Below are positions 1 through 13,945 of a stretch of 64,000 nt of DNA, in pieces. This DNA comes from Eledone cirrhosa (lineage: Eukaryota). The translations under genes and the position numbers were made by a program. Within the stretch, counting starts at the first letter, position 1. Every line of letters begins with the position of its first letter. Under the pieces are notes generated by a model. It was not told the DNA's origin. It worked only from the letters and a program-made list of their open reading frames with translations, and did not search any database. Where the stretch lies: contig OZ024742.1 of assembly GCA_964016885.1 (NCBI GenBank), positions 243,102,001 through 243,166,000 on the forward strand. The letters run 5' to 3'.

Positions 1-974
1 AAGTGGAATATAAAGAAAGAAAGTAGAAGAGAAACAAAATTAGAAATCAAGAAAATAAGAAAGAATAAATGCAGACATGATGGAAAATAATAAAAAGGAA
101 AAACATACATCAAAATGAGAGAAATGAAAAATCAGAATGAGGGAAAGTTTAGATAAGGAAATGGGAAAAGGCAAAAAAGTATAAAAGAAGCTTAACGAAA
201 GAACTAAAGAATGAAATGCAAAGAAAGAGAAACAAAATAAAATTGATGCTGCTCAATAAAATATATATATATATGAAAATATAAAATTAAACTGGATATT
301 ACATGAAGGATCGGAGTCGGAAATGTGTTACTTAAAATACTTTAATATGAAGAAAGGAAAAGACGGTGAAAAGAAGAGAGTGGAAGAGAGAGAGAAGTGG
401 GGAACGAGCGAGATTATATAAAATAAATAAGAAAATGTATTTAAAGAAAAATTACTAAAACAGTAAAACCACATGCCATATTTTGAAACTTTACTCGAGA
501 TTGACCTGGAATTGGGCTTTAAATCTATATAATCTGGACTTAACAGCAGCCTAGCCATATTTTTCAGTCACAACCAGCCTAACAAATATCATGCTAGTTT
601 CACAATGCTGTTTTACTTTAATCCTCTCCTCAAACCAACAACAACAACAAAACTAAGCAAAGTAAAATTAATAAAGATAAAATGTTTACATAATGTATCG
701 GACGGCATGCAAGAGATTTATTAATAAATCTTTCTCAAATATTAGGAGATAATTATAGTAATTGTGTTTTTAGATACACGGAAATATAATCCACCAGCAT
801 GTTCGGATTCTCTGAAAAAACACATTGTTTTGTTTGTGTCAGATATAATAGTAAAAAGTTCTAAAAGTCCTCATTAATAGAAGGCATGACTACGAATTTA
901 GGAATTAAATATTAAGGTGGTGTGGTGACGCTCAAACGTTACTATTAGTCCACCGCCCTATTCAAATCTAATAA

Positions 975-1605
975 TGATTTGTACTATAGACACAAGGCCA
1001 GTAATTTGGGGAAAGGGAAAAATCGATTAAATCGACCCCAATGCGTATTTTATTTAATCGACCCCGTAAGGATGAAAAGCAAAGCTAACCTCAGCGGGAT
1101 TTGAACTCAGAACGCAAAGGGCCATAACTCTATGCCGCAAATTATAATGTCCGACTGCTACTGCCAATCTGCTGCCCAAGTGAATCTAATAAGGATTTCT
1201 AGTATAGGCACAAGGCCAGTAATTTGGGGGAAGGGGAAAGTCGATTAAATCGACCCTGTAAGGATGAAAAGGTTAACTTTGCCTTTCATCCTTACGAGAT
1301 CGATTAAATAAAGTACCAGTCACGCACTGGGGTCGATTTAATCGATTTTTTTCTCCCTAACCCAAAATTACTGGCCTTGTGTCTATAGTACAAATCATTA
1401 TTAGATTTGACTTAGGTGTTGGATTGGCAGTAACGGTAGATCGTCAGACACCATGCTTTGCAATAGAGTTATGGCCATTTACGTCCTGAGTTCAAATCTC
1501 GCCGAGGTTAACTTTGCCTTTCATCCTAACGGGGTCGATAAAATAAAGCACTAGTAATGCACTGGGGGGGTTACATGCCTTGTGCCTATAATAGAAACCA
1601 TTATT
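975..1605. mobile_element. Cluster of tRNA-derived SINE family A copies (975-1177 -, 1190-1270 - partial, 1271-1412 + partial, 1413-1605 +)
   Basis: A-box-like TGGCAGTAACGGTAG, B-box-like GAGTTCAAATC and conserved core GCCTTTCATCCT..GGGGTCGATAAAATAAAG.ACCAG shared with over 20 other copies in the window. Confidence 0.85.
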
Positions 1606-1621
1606 AGTGATTAACTATAAC

Positions 1622-1845
1622 AAATGGCTCTTCCAGCATGTTTCCCTCACCATCCTCTGGGGAAACGCCTTCTCTATTCTGTCCACCGGGGCTGTGGGGC
1701 GGCCAGCGCGTGGGCCCCATTGCTCATAATAGTGAGAGATGGGGAGAGCGGGAGAGACGGAGGCAGTGACAGTGGGAGTTTGTTTCCTTTGTGTTCGGAC
1801 CTGGTGTATATATGTATGTTTCACAGACACACACTCAATAACAAT
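1622..1845 (+). mobile_element. 3' fragment of a CRE-like (RLE) non-LTR retrotransposon
   Basis: Homologous to the reverse complement of 21490-21700; begins W-L-F-Q-H-V-S-L-T-I-L-W-G, resembling the QR.S.AI.RGN C-terminal motif. Confidence 0.6.
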
Positions 1846-1939
1846 TTGAATACTTTCTAACTCTACATTGTTGTAGAAACTATTGAAATGCCAGCAGGAC
1901 CTAATGAGAAGTAACGATCAAAAATGGCAGCCTCTACAG

Positions 1940-2117
1940 CAGGCATGTCAAACTGAGGGTTCCCCAAAGACCACATAGGTCACATATGTGTTGTCTGAGG
2001 GCCACACAAGACAACTAATTGCGCACATGACAACAATTTTTTTTATTTTACATTACGAAGATAAAACATGCTCGCGCTGTAAAAACCTTTGTGCGGGCCG
2101 CATGTTTGACATGACTG
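1940..2117. mobile_element. hAT (Charlie-like) MITE
   Basis: TIRs CAGGCATGTCAAAC / GTTTGACATGACTG; 8-bp TSD ctctacag / ccctacag. Confidence 0.8.
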
Positions 2118-3290
2118 CCCTACAGTTTCGCTGTATTTGTTAGAAATAGCAGTCAAATTTCCTATTAACCACACCCTCCTGTCACTGTCTTGTTGACGGA
2201 TGTTCACATTGTATAAAGCAGTCTCAGAGATGATCAAGGCTTTAATCATAGGTCTATTCATCCAAGGATGAGCTAGTATTAAACAGTAACAAAAAAGCAG
2301 GAGTATAACACATCATGCCAGTACGCTAGACGTTACATAATTACATATTTATGAAGAACATCTTAATTTTTCTTTCTCTAAATGGTTAACTATCTCTTTG
2401 ATTGTACGTAAACTCATGATACACTCATTCTGGGAAACTGTCCACTTAATAATAGTTTGAAAATATATAATTTCTAATACTATATAACCGAAAATGTATA
2501 ATTCAATCAATTAAAACATTAAGTACAAAAGAAATAAATGCAGCTTGATGTGAATTCTATTTCCACGATCTACTACTAGTATAGTTAGTATAGTAAGTAC
2601 CCAAACACATTTCTATTTCGTATAGACCAATTCTTTTGTAACATTATACTAAATATCTCGGTTATTCAGTTTAATTATTGCTAAATAAAGGCGTATTATT
2701 GCATTAAATGGCCGTCCGTTAATCGTAAATCAAGTGAAAGACTAAGAGATAATATCTCTCAGATATGATAATAGGTATAATACTACATCATAAACCGGGC
2801 CTTGTATTAATTAATAGACACATGATTTGGTATGCCAGTTGCTCGAAAGACCCTGGCTAGATATATCGAATAACTGGAAAGAATCCAATATCATTATAAT
2901 GCTAATCATCATTAAGAAGATCAACATCATGATAACGATCATCATCGTTGTGGTTGTTGTAGTGATTGTGAGTAAAAAAGAAAGGATAATGAAGAGGATA
3001 AAGAGAGTAACAATGACTCCTCTATATTAGACTTACGGTTGCAAGTTTACAGATGGTGATTTTGTGACGTTCAAGCGTTCCTAACAATATTAGCAGTGGA
3101 AGTGAAGTGAATTGACTTCAATCGAGATTTGATTGGTTGATATCTGAACCTACACCATCATTACATTAACTTCTTTTCATATGTTATAAAGGAATATGGT
3201 ATATGTTATATAAGTCACACTAGTACGGCTTCATACGGCTTGTTGTTGTTTTTAATCACAGAAATATGATAGACAAAGTTACACTGCGGT

Positions 3291-3291
3291 G

Positions 3292-3341
<50 letters not shown>

Positions 3342-3384
3342 GGGGCGGGGGAGAAAGAGAGAGGAGAAAGATAGGTAGATAGAC

Positions 3385-3439
<55 letters not shown>

Positions 3440-3440
3440 T
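3291..3440. repeat. Compound (TA)n-(GA)n-(GATA)n microsatellite, forming the tail or target of the adjacent LINE
   Basis: Directly visible. Confidence 0.95.
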
Positions 3441-3692
3441 CTTTCTTTTATTTGGCACAGGGGCATACAAAAATGGGACATTACAAGACGTGAAGGCGGG
3501 GGTTTTACATAAAAATAACTTTAACATTAATAAATAACAATAAACTATATATAATAAAATAACAATTGAAATCCCCAGTAGGGGGGGGGCGTTACTGCAG
3601 GGTTGTTTTACACCCCGTGGATAGAACAACCCTCAACACCAGGAACACGTTTTGTAGGTGTTCCTGTCTTCCCTCTGTTTATCTTCCTCAAC

Positions 3693-6600
3693 CTACAGGT
3701 TTATATACAGAGAAGGCCCATTCACTCGGGCCATTTTTGCCACATTCACCCACCTTTCAGCAAATTTACTGGGGTGTAGCACCTCTCTCTCCACTCTCAC
3801 CTTCCTTCTAAAGTGATACTTAAAGAAGGGGATAAGTTGTTGTCCGGAGAGAAAGGTGCTTGCCCTCAGTCCTTTTACCCTCGTCCACCATAGTACCTCT
3901 TTCACCATAGCCACCAGACAGAGGAAAACCGCCTCTCCTTCGTTCTTAAATGAAGGCGGCGGGGTGATCCTCACGATAGACTCGGCTGACAACTGAATGC
4001 GTCCTACACGTTACAGCAGCTGTTCGACATAATTCCACAGGTCGGTCACCCCTGGGTATTGAACAATTGCGTGCAGAACGGTTTCGATGTCCTGCTCGCA
4101 TCTTGGACAGGTCTTTTTGGCAGGATCTCTGCCAGGACGTCCCTTCTGTAGATTTTGTCTCGAACTGGTAGGGCTCCTTGGTAGCACTGCCAGGCCAAAG
4201 ACCTCTGGAAGTTATCCATAGGCCCTGGACGGAAAGTCCTCCCGAACAGACTGGTCAGTTCGTCTTCCTTGATGCCTAGAGTTTCCCCGAGAACGTCGTC
4301 GCACTTATCCTCCACTAATCCTTTTATAGAATGTCGAAGTGGAGTCTCCGCTGATTGCCGTTTCCGCTTGGTAGAGGGCTGTGAGCGCCTGTAGGCACTC
4401 GAGGTGCCAGGCACCAATTTTCGGTCTTCGCTTGACCCAGGACTGCAGTTCTGTTAGTGAGACGAGTTGTGGAAGAGCTTGTCTCACAAACGACATCCAC
4501 ACCGGTTCACCGGTCAGGAATACCTGGAGATGGCGTAGCCTCAGCGCATGTTTGCGCATCATCAGCCACGGCATGCCCAGCCCTCAGTTAGAAGGGTGTT
4601 GACAGCAGATGGATCTCCTCACCAATGGAGCCCGTTTCTTCCAGAGGAACTTGAAGAGTAGGCGTTCCATTTTGGTAAGGTATTCGCGGGGGCAAGGCAC
4701 AACTGTTAAGTGGTAGTAGATGACGGACCCTATGTAAGTGTTCGCCACCTCCGCTCAACCTTTCAAGGAGAGTTTGCACTCAGCCCACTTCTAGATGAGT
4801 GCAAACACCTTCGCCATGACCTCGTTCCAGTTCTTGTCCACCTGGAGGTCTGGACCGAACCAGACCCTGAGCAATTTCACCGGTCCTTCCGTCCAGCGTC
4901 CAACGACACTGTCGGAAGGCATGGGTTTGCCTCTCCATGTGCCGAGTTGCAAACCGACAGACTTGTTTGGGTTTAGTCTTGCTCCTGTCAACGTTTCGTA
5001 TTCCTGTAATAGGTTGCCGATTACCCTGATTTCCGAGGTTTTCGACACCATTATGGTTATGTCGTCGGCATAGGCTGACGCTGCTTTCCGCAGTCCTGGT
5101 TCGATCGGGATGCCCTGCAACAGTTCCAATTTCCGCAGTAACGGCTCGCGAGTCAGTACAATCAGAATGGAGGAGAGAGGGCATCCCTGACGGATGGAAC
5201 GCATGATTTGGAATGGCTCTGATAGGTAGCCATTCACCTTGACTGCCGAGCAGATGCTGGTGTGCATGGCAGCGATCCAGCCTCTGAAGACGGGACCGAA
5301 GCCGGCCGCCTTGAGAACAGCTACCAAGTATTAATGTTCGACCCTATCAAATGCCTTAGACTGATCTAAATTGATCAGAGCCCCACCAAAGCCAGGTTTA
5401 CACCCTACCCTCTCTATGATGTATCGCATGAGGTGGAGGTTGTCGTGTATGGACCTGGTCGGGATTGCACACGTTCGGGCTTCCCCTACTAGGTTCTCGG
5501 CGACAAGCGCCAGCCTTGCTGCTAACACCTTGATCAAAATCTTTAACTCTGTGTTGAGCAGAGTTATGGGCCTGAAATTGCTTATCTCATCCTCCTTGTT
5601 CTCATCTTTGCTGATCAGCGTTACTACGCCTCTGCCTACAGAACTGGGAATCCTCCCGTTCTGCTGCCAGTTGCAGTAGACCGCTTCGAGGACGCCAGAG
5701 AACAAGTCTGGCATGCCTATGTAAAACTCATAGGGTAGACCATCTAAACCGGGTGATTTGCGTTTCCCGCAGCGGCCTAGGGCATCTTCTATTTCGCCCG
5801 CTGTGATCGGCCTTTCGCAGCTCTCCGCATCCGTGCTCGAGAGTCGCGGTACGCCGTCAAGGTAGGAACTGAAGTCCATCACCTCGCTCGATGCACCGCT
5901 TTGCCCGAACAGTTGTGCAAAATGCTGCTGGAAGGCCGCGCACATCTGCTTGGATTCAAGTATAATGCGTCCATCTTTGTCTTGCAAAGACCGAATTGTG
6001 GATTTGTTGCCACATTTCGCCTCTGCCACTCGGGCCCAGCTAACAGCTTTGGCTCCCTCGTTCCTTAGAGCACGTGTTCTACTTCTGACAATACAACCTT
6101 CGTGTTTCACGTTGAAGAACTGGTCTAGTGCCGTTCTCGCCGCTAGCACGTCAGCTGTACTGCCATTCCTAAGTGCCTCTTCTATTTTAGCTACCAGTTC
6201 CTTTTCAGTTTTGTTTTTTTCTAAAGCTACTTCCTTGCTAAATGCTATCGATTCTATTCTAATTGCTCTCTTGAGAGAGCTCCAACACCTGTTGTTGACG
6301 ATCGCCCCCGTCAACTGGCACTTAACTAAGGTGCTAATCCGTTTACTGTAGGCCTTACGCGCCGGGAGCGACATGTTTAGCTTCCAGTATCCGGGTCCCT
6401 GTCTATGTTTTCTATCAAGGTTGACTACGCAGGTGACTAATTTGTGGTCTGAATAGGCAACCATGTGCATTTGTGGACAGCTTAATGTTTCCTTATCATT
6501 CTGTCTAATTAAAAATCTATCTAAATACGATCTAGAAGACCCAGTGCGGTTGCTCCACGTCCACAGTGGTGCACTTGGGAAGTCTAGTCGATATCTATCA

Positions 6601-7124
6601 GCCAGTTGGAATTGGCTGATGAGATTTTTGAGGCTATTACACTCCCCTCTATTATCACAAGCTCCTACACAGTCCCAACGTGCGTCTAAGATGCCATTCT
6701 AGTCCCACGCTAACACTAAGGAGCGAGTCGTTCCCAGGAATCGCTCCAGACGCTTGAAGAACTCTGGTCGCGATGTCCCAGTCGGGACATATACGGCCAC
6801 CAGTCTGAAAGCTCCACCTTCACTACCATTCACGTCCAGGACCACCAGGCTTCCCTCCGGGTCCAAGTGAATCGTCTGTATTTTGAGATCCAAGTTTTTT
6901 CGAAACAGAACAGCAGCTTCCCCTCTACATCCTGGCTGACAGAGAGATGCGTAGATCTCAAAATCATCGAATATGGGGGTTAGCTGCTGCTTGTCGTGAA
7001 TCCTGGACGCGGTGATGGTTATCACATCTATACAATGTGACCTGAGATCATTTAAAAGCTGGCCCTGTTTCCAGGACATGCCCAGGCCACGTACATTCAA
7101 ACATCCAGCTTGTATAGTCGCCAT
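3693..7124 (-). pseudogene. Tx1 ORF2 (APE endonuclease + reverse transcriptase), broken by stops and frameshifts
   Basis: CLNVRGL and SDHK (APE); SPGLDGLP, FRPITLLN, LDQSKAFDRV, RQGCPLS, AYADDI (RT); WQCYQGALPV in the C-terminal region. Confidence 0.92.
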
Positions 7125-7149
7125 GTTGGTGAAGAAGAGTTAAGGAGAG

Positions 7150-9025
7150 AAAAGGCAGGAATACTTACCTTTTCGTTTCCTGGAGGTCGGGTTGTTCGAT
7201 CTCCATGTCCAGATTGGTGGTGTCTGGGGAGGGAGGGAGGGAATCCTTTTAGCAGGACACGGTTAAGGGGCTTTTGGCAAGGGGTCCCCACATCATGTGG
7301 GAAGTTCTCCTTTTAAAGTTTCATACTGTAGGGTTGTTACCCTGATAAGTTTGAGGTTTGGGGTGGGTCGTTGGTGGGGAAGGTTTTCCCTTCCGTTTGT
7401 ATTGTGGGGTCCTTTCGGACAGTTTCCACCAGTTCTTTGTTTCTTGTTTTTATGTATGTGTAGTGTGTTTTGTTTTTTATGAGTACTGTTTCTGTTTGTA
7501 GTTTTCTTTTTGTGGTTGGGGTTTGTGATTGTGGTGGTGTGGGTGTTTGTTTTGTTGGTGAAGTGTTTGGTTGTGTTGGTGGTGATTGTGTTGTTGGTGT
7601 GTTTGTCGTTTGTGGCGGTGTGTTTATGGTGGGGTTGGGTGTGTGCGTGTTTTCTGTAGATGTTTTTGTGTCTTTTTTGTGTCTTTTTTGTTTTTTGGAT
7701 TTTTGGGGTTCCTCTTCATTCTCACTTGGAGATGTAGAGGTTCCCGTATCTGAGACTTCTGAATCAGGGGTAGATGGGAGGGGTATGTTGTGTGGGGGAG
7801 TGTTTGTGCAGGTGTTTGTGGAAGTATTTGACAGGGGGGGGAGAGGCAATGGAGGGTTTTTCAGTGGGATTTTGTGTGTGTGTTTGTCTCTGGTCTGTGG
7901 TGGTGTGGGAGTGGATGTTGCAGGTGTTTGTGTTGTGTTTGGTTTGGAGTGTGATGTTGGGGTTTTGGTGTTGGTAATAACACCTTGTTTGTCCTCGGTT
8001 TGTTTAAGAGAGGGCAAAAGGCCTTTAAGTGTGTGGTTTTCCCACACTTAAGGCACTGAGGTCTTTTCCCCTCCACTAAAATGGAGATGACATCTTCCTC
8101 AAGGACGATCCTGTCCGGTATTTTCTCAACTCTCTCTGGCCTCATTTGTACCAGAAACTCGATGCAGGTTCCAAACCAGTTATACCGTTCTGTCCTGTCT
8201 ACAGATAGGAGGGTGTCCTCATCCTTCTTCAGGATGCAGCGTAGGATCCACCATATGTTGACCTCTGCTGGGATCCTGGTTATTTTTATTTTGTATGATA
8301 TTCTTCCCATGTATATGGGGAAGAAGATGTGTTGATCCGTTTTTATTGGTTGAACCGAGTGTTTTGTGCCAGAGTTTCGCACTTAAAGAGCACTGACACA
8401 CTTCCATACTGTTTACCTCTTTGGAGGTATGCCACGTCTGGCTTGATGTCTTTTAGTGCAGCTTCAATAGTGCTTGTTGGGAGCGTTATGGGTTTTTTGG
8501 TAATGATGTCAACTGATTTATAAATTATCTTCTTTTTCTGTGTCATTTCTCTTACTTGTGGGTGTATGTGTGGGGTGTCTCCCTCAAACGTCACATAGTT
8601 GGAAGCTTCTTCCGAATATTCGGACTTTTGGGAAATGTCCATGGAGTAGTATTTAAAATCCTGTTGCTGCAAAGGAAATTTTGTTATTGCTGTTGGTGGT
8701 GGTGATGGTCTCATTCGTTGTGTCGCCACTGATTCCTTTTGTTGTGTTGTTGTTGTTCTCATTTATTGTGGTTGTTGTTGGTTGTGGTGGTATTAGTGTT
8801 TGCTACACATACTTCCTTCTGTGTGTGGATACATGTGACGTTTGTGACGTCAGGCGTGTTCAGTTGCTTACAAGCAGCTGAAGCTTGTTCCTCTTCTAAA
8901 TGTTGAGGCGATAATGTTGCCATTCCTTTGTCCATGCCTGCTACTATCTGCTGGTCAAGTAGGCATGGCTTTCGCTTCCCATCTTCTTGTATTGACAAAG
9001 AAGTAGGTGCCTTTGCTTCAGCCAT
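7150..9025 (-). pseudogene. Tx1 ORF1 (gag-like, frameshifted): CX2CX4HX4C knuckle followed by a Thr/Pro-rich tail
   Basis: ORFs 8759-9025, 8343-8762, 7861-8382 (CLKCGKTTHLKAFC) and 7337-8047 chain together in shifted frames. Confidence 0.8.
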
Positions 9026-9421
9026 TTTTTTTAAATTGAAGTGTTTTGCAAAAAAAATTTTTCGAAAATATTTTGGATGTTTTTGCTCTGAGGGGCACGA
9101 TATTTTGGGAGACTGACCAGATCGAAATTTGACCTGTCAGTCCCTCTACAAATTGGTATAAAAATAAAAGTTCACAATGACGAATTTCTAAAGAAATTTA
9201 AGCAAAACTTACCGAGCAAGTTTAACACGTGTGTCCATCCCAGAGATAGATAGATAGATAGATAGATATCTAATCTTTCTTTATAGATAGATACTTAGGG
9301 TAAATATTGATGCAATTCAATTGAAGCACTCAACGTACTTTTTCCACATAGGAGTGACGGAGTAAATATCGAATAAGTAAAAGCGAAGTAGTTTCAGATG
9401 TTTAAGTCCTTTAATAATAAT

Positions 9422-9503
9422 GCTGTGATATATATTTCAATGACGACACTGGCCACACTGTTCTGTGTGCGAGTGTCGTGACATCGTGACATCATCAGAC
9501 AGC
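9422..9503 (-). ncRNA. Type I hammerhead ribozyme motif
   Basis: Reverse complement reads gctgt-CTGATGA-(extended stem II)-GAAA-tatat-ATC-acagc; 5-bp stem I, palindromic stem III. Confidence 0.75.
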
Positions 9504-10849
9504 TTGTTACATAATAAGGTTATGTTTCCGAGGCAATCCAAGTTGAATCGACATGGGAACGGAGATAGATAGACTTATACGCATGCTTAGACAGAATCTG
9601 CACACAACGGTCGTGTATATATATATGTGTGTATGTGTGTGTGTGTGTGCGTGTGCGTGTGCGTGTGTGTGTGTGTGTGTCGGTGTGTGTGTCGGTGTGT
9701 GTGTCGGTGTGTCCCACCGTATCTGTGTTTATGTTTGTGTCTACGTCTGTGTTTATGCCCTATAACTTAGTGATTCGACAAAAAAGAATCGATGAAATAA
9801 GTACCAGACTTAAAATAATAAGTACCGGGATCGATATTGACTAGACATCAGGATGGCCCTCCAGCATGGTCACAGCCTAATAGTAGAAACAAGATGCGTG
9901 TTAGAGTTCTTTTGTGTTTTATATGTGTATGTGCAAGAGTGTCTCCGTTTGTACGTGTGTGTGTATTTTTACGTGTGAGTCAGAATTCCTTTGCGTTTTA
10001 TATTTGTATGCATGTGTACGTACGTGTAAGCGTATGTTTATGCGTGTTTTTTTGTGTGTATGTTTTTGTGGGAGTGTGTGTATGTGTTTATGCATGAGCG
10101 TGTGTATGTGTGTCTCTCCACGTGTGAGTTTGTGACTTTCTGTATTGCCCGTATCGGAATTTTTTTATCTTTGTTGCATGCATGTATATATGTATTGAAA
10201 GTGTATATGTGTGTATAAAAACGAATCTGGATGAAAGAAATCGTTCACTAATGGGTATGATATACTATATTCCATGCACCCAAGATTTATTTTTAAAAAA
10301 TAGAAGACGTAATATTATGATCATCTGTTTGGACCATCCAGCTTTCACGCCAGCCATGTGTAATGGAGTGTTACAAATAGGTTTCTGGTTACATCGTGGG
10401 TATATTTCTTGCGCAATTTTACAGATGTTGCGCAAAATTAAAAATGAATTCACAAGGGACATACGTAGACTGGGATGGTTTTATTTTAGGACAAAAGTTT
10501 TCCTGAGAGATTTACAGAATTGTTGTTAGGGGTGTAAGCATATACACTTAAATATACATGAGTGCACTGTATAACATACCGGGAAACACCCCACACAGAA
10601 AACCTAACACAACTATATCTAATATTTCTTTTATTGGTTTCAGTCGTCGGGACATACATTTCTATGATATTGTCAAGTAAATCTACTCTAGTACGTAAGC
10701 AATCGACTGGCAATTATTTGGGTGATCCCTGAAGGCAAAATTAACAATGGCGGCTTTTCAGAATGTAAAAGAACGTTACTAAATACGAAACGGCATTTTG
10801 TCTGGTCTAATAACATGTATTATATACATATATATATAGAGAAAAATGT

Positions 10850-12488
10850 TCAAGACCCCGACGGCAGAGCTCAAGCCGTTTCGACGGCTATTTCTGGACT
10901 CCAGCCGAAGTGTATAATAAAGTTATATCTGTATAAATACAGAGTGTGTAACCGAGACTACATCAACGTGTATAAATATATACAGGTTAGTTTTCCGACT
11001 ATAAAAGACCTTTGCCCGATTTCCTAAGCTATTTATAGCAACCAACTAACTGCGTTTACAGTTCTTTTGTGTGTCTGAGTTTCTTACATTTTTTATGAAC
11101 TTCATAATACCTCAGCGCTTCGAATGTTCGGAATTTGCATATAATGTTTATATATATATATATAGTGAAAAATTGAACGGGAACAAAGCAGAGAGGCAGT
11201 ACGAACAAAGGTTTATTAGTTTCACGCTCTTGAGAGTGGGTGGTGGTGGGGAACGACGTTTCGGGCATAAGCCCTTCTTCAGGCGAAAAGTGTGTGGGAA
11301 GTGAGTTCCAAGGGTGTATAGGGGAGTGGGGGAGAGACATTTAGAAAAAAGGGGGGAGAGGAAACGGTACAAATGAAAATAAATATAAAAGCATGATAAA
11401 AATAAAAATAAACATGAAGTTAAACAAGTGGTGGAAGGTTGTGGGGCGTGTAGGGGTAGTGGCGGGTGGAGTGGGGAGAGGGAGGCGGGGTGTCCGAGCG
11501 GGGAGGGCTGAAGATGGTGTGTGTGTGTAGGTGTACGTATGTGTGTGTATGTGAATGTGAGAGTTGGGGGAAGAACGGGGTTGCATGTTCAGGAAAAGGT
11601 GTGTGTGGGGTGGGGTGTAGGTCGGTGTGCGTGTGTGGATGGGGAGGGGTCAGAGAGGGGGGGAGGATTCCGGAGGCTGAGTGTGTAAATATGTGGTGGT
11701 ACACACGTGTGTGTGGTGTTTATGTGTATTGTGGATGTAGGTGGCGTGTGGGAAAAAAATTGTTTTGAGTGTATGTCCGTGGGTAAGTTCCTAAGGTAGT
11801 TTCGTAGGGTGCTGGATAATTTCCTTGTGATGGAGTTGATTCGTTCGTGGGAGCGATGTCCAATGTGTATATATATATATATAACGAAGGAGGTGTGGTA
11901 AGGAACCAGATCGACCATAACGCACCAGAGTACTCAATACTTAGGGTAGTAGAGTGGGTAATAGGAAAATGTTCAAGACCCCGACGGCAGAGCTCAAGCC
12001 GTTTCGACAGCTATTTCTGGACTCCAGAAATAGCCGGCGAAACGGCTTGAGCTCTGCCGTCGGGGTTAAACTTTTTCCTATTACTCCCTCTACTACCCTA
12101 AGTATTGAGTACTCTGGTGCGTTATGGTCCATCTGGTTCCTTATCACACCTCCTTCGTTATATATATATATATATATATAGTTAATAAATTAAATAAAAC
12201 AAAACGCAGGAAGAAAAATTTCAAAGTTATATATATATATAAACATTATATGCAAATTCCGAACATTCGAAGCGCTGAGGTATTATGAAGTTCATAAAAA
12301 ATGTAAGAAACTCAGACGCACAAAAGAACTGTAAACGCAGTTAGTTGGTTGCTATAAATAGCTTAGGAAATCGGGCAAAGGTCTTTTATAGTCGGAAAAC
12401 TAACCTGTATATATTTATACACGTTGATGTAGTCTCGGTTACACACTCTGTATTTATACAGATATAACTTTATTATACACTTCGGCTG
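10850..12488. mobile_element. Composite of (TA)n-embedded Penelope-like non-autonomous fragments with nested inverted repeats
   Basis: Outer arms 10901-11160 / 12228-12488 are near-perfect inverted repeats; inner palindrome 11880-12165; hammerhead-bearing fragment 11165-11865. Confidence 0.7.
11253..11284 (-). ncRNA. Minimal hammerhead ribozyme motif (weak stem I)
   Basis: Reverse complement CTGAAGA-agggcttatgccc-GAAAC-GTC. Confidence 0.6.
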
Positions 12489-13007
12489 CTCGGCACTCCT
12501 CAATATATCTTGATTACTTACCAACACGAAAGCTAATTATATGCAAATTAGTACGTCCGTTCCAGAATAATGCTTAGAGTGAATGGGTATATACACCGAT
12601 CAAATACATGTTTACTTGCTGTTTAGCCCCAGGTCAGCCCTGGTTGAGCCAACCTGTGATCAAAAGTGTTCCAGGCATGACTATCTTTCGCGAGTTAGAG
12701 CAGGTCAAACCAGAGACTTCCTCATTGACTTGACAAGAACCAGGAATACACTGAGGTCGACATAATAGGATATAACTCTCATTACTTGGGGTGGGTCCGT
12801 TTAGACATAAAAAAAAGTGAGACTTGTGCTTAACAAACTAACAATCTTTATTAGTGAAACTAGATACATAAGCTTATTCGACCGGAAGCTGATAAACACT
12901 GACCCAGACAGCTGAATCATTATTAAACCACCTCAATGAGAAATTACAGGAATATTGAGATAATGTACACTGGGAAGAGAATTAGTTAATTGAAAGAAGG
13001 AATGTGG

Positions 13008-13154
13008 GTATATATATATATATATATATATACAGTATATATATATATATATATATAGTATATATATATATATATATATATATACGTTTGTGTATATATA
13101 TATATATATATACGTTTATGTTTATATATATGTATGTATATATATTTATATGTT

Positions 13155-13214
<60 letters not shown>

Positions 13215-13305
13215 AACATATAAATATATCATCATCATCATCATCATTTTACCATATATATATATATATATGTTTATATATATATATATATATGTTTATA
13301 TATAT

Positions 13306-13336
<31 letters not shown>

Positions 13337-13945
13337 TACACATATTTATGTATATATGTGTATATACATTTGTTTATATATATGTGTGTGTGTGAGTGTG
13401 TGCGCGTGTGAATGTACGAGTGTGTATACGTGTGTATGTGCATGTTTGTGTATGCATATCTGTGTATGCATGTTATGTATGCATATCTGCGTGTATATAT
13501 ATATATGGATGGCAGTATATGTATGTGTGAGTTCGTGTGCGTGTGTATGTGCACGTGTCTATGCGTGTGTATTGTGCATGTGTGTATATATGTATGCATG
13601 TCTGTGTGTATATATATATATGGATGGAAGTATATGTATGTGTGGGTTTGTGTGCGTGTGAATTTGCACGTGTGTATGTGCATGTGTGTATATGCATGCA
13701 TGTGTGTATATGCATGCATGTATGCAAGCCTGTGTATATATATATATATATATATGGGTGAAAGTATATGTATGTGTGAGTTTGTGTGCGTGTGTATGTG
13801 CACGTGTGTATACGTGTGTATACGTGTGTATGTGCACGTGTGTATATGTGTGTATACGTGTGTATACGTGTGTATGTGCGGGTGTGTGTATGTATGGATG
13901 TCTATGTGTATGTGTATATACATATGGATGGAAGTATATGTATGA
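13008..13945. repeat. Degenerate (TA)n/(GT)n/(CAT)n microsatellite field with internal ATGGATGG..GTATATGTATG repeats
   Basis: Directly visible. Confidence 0.9.

Larger units (their letters stand above)
3441..9243 (-). mobile_element. Near full-length, decayed L1/Tx1-clade non-LTR retrotransposon
   Basis: ORF1 remnants with a CCHC knuckle; ORF2 remnants with APE endonuclease, RT and C-terminal region; AATAAA then (TATC)n at the 3' end; (GATA)n on both sides. Confidence 0.92.

Noticed and set aside
4381-8881. Plus-strand ORFs over the LINE
   Set aside because: Antisense shadows of Tx1 ORF1/ORF2.
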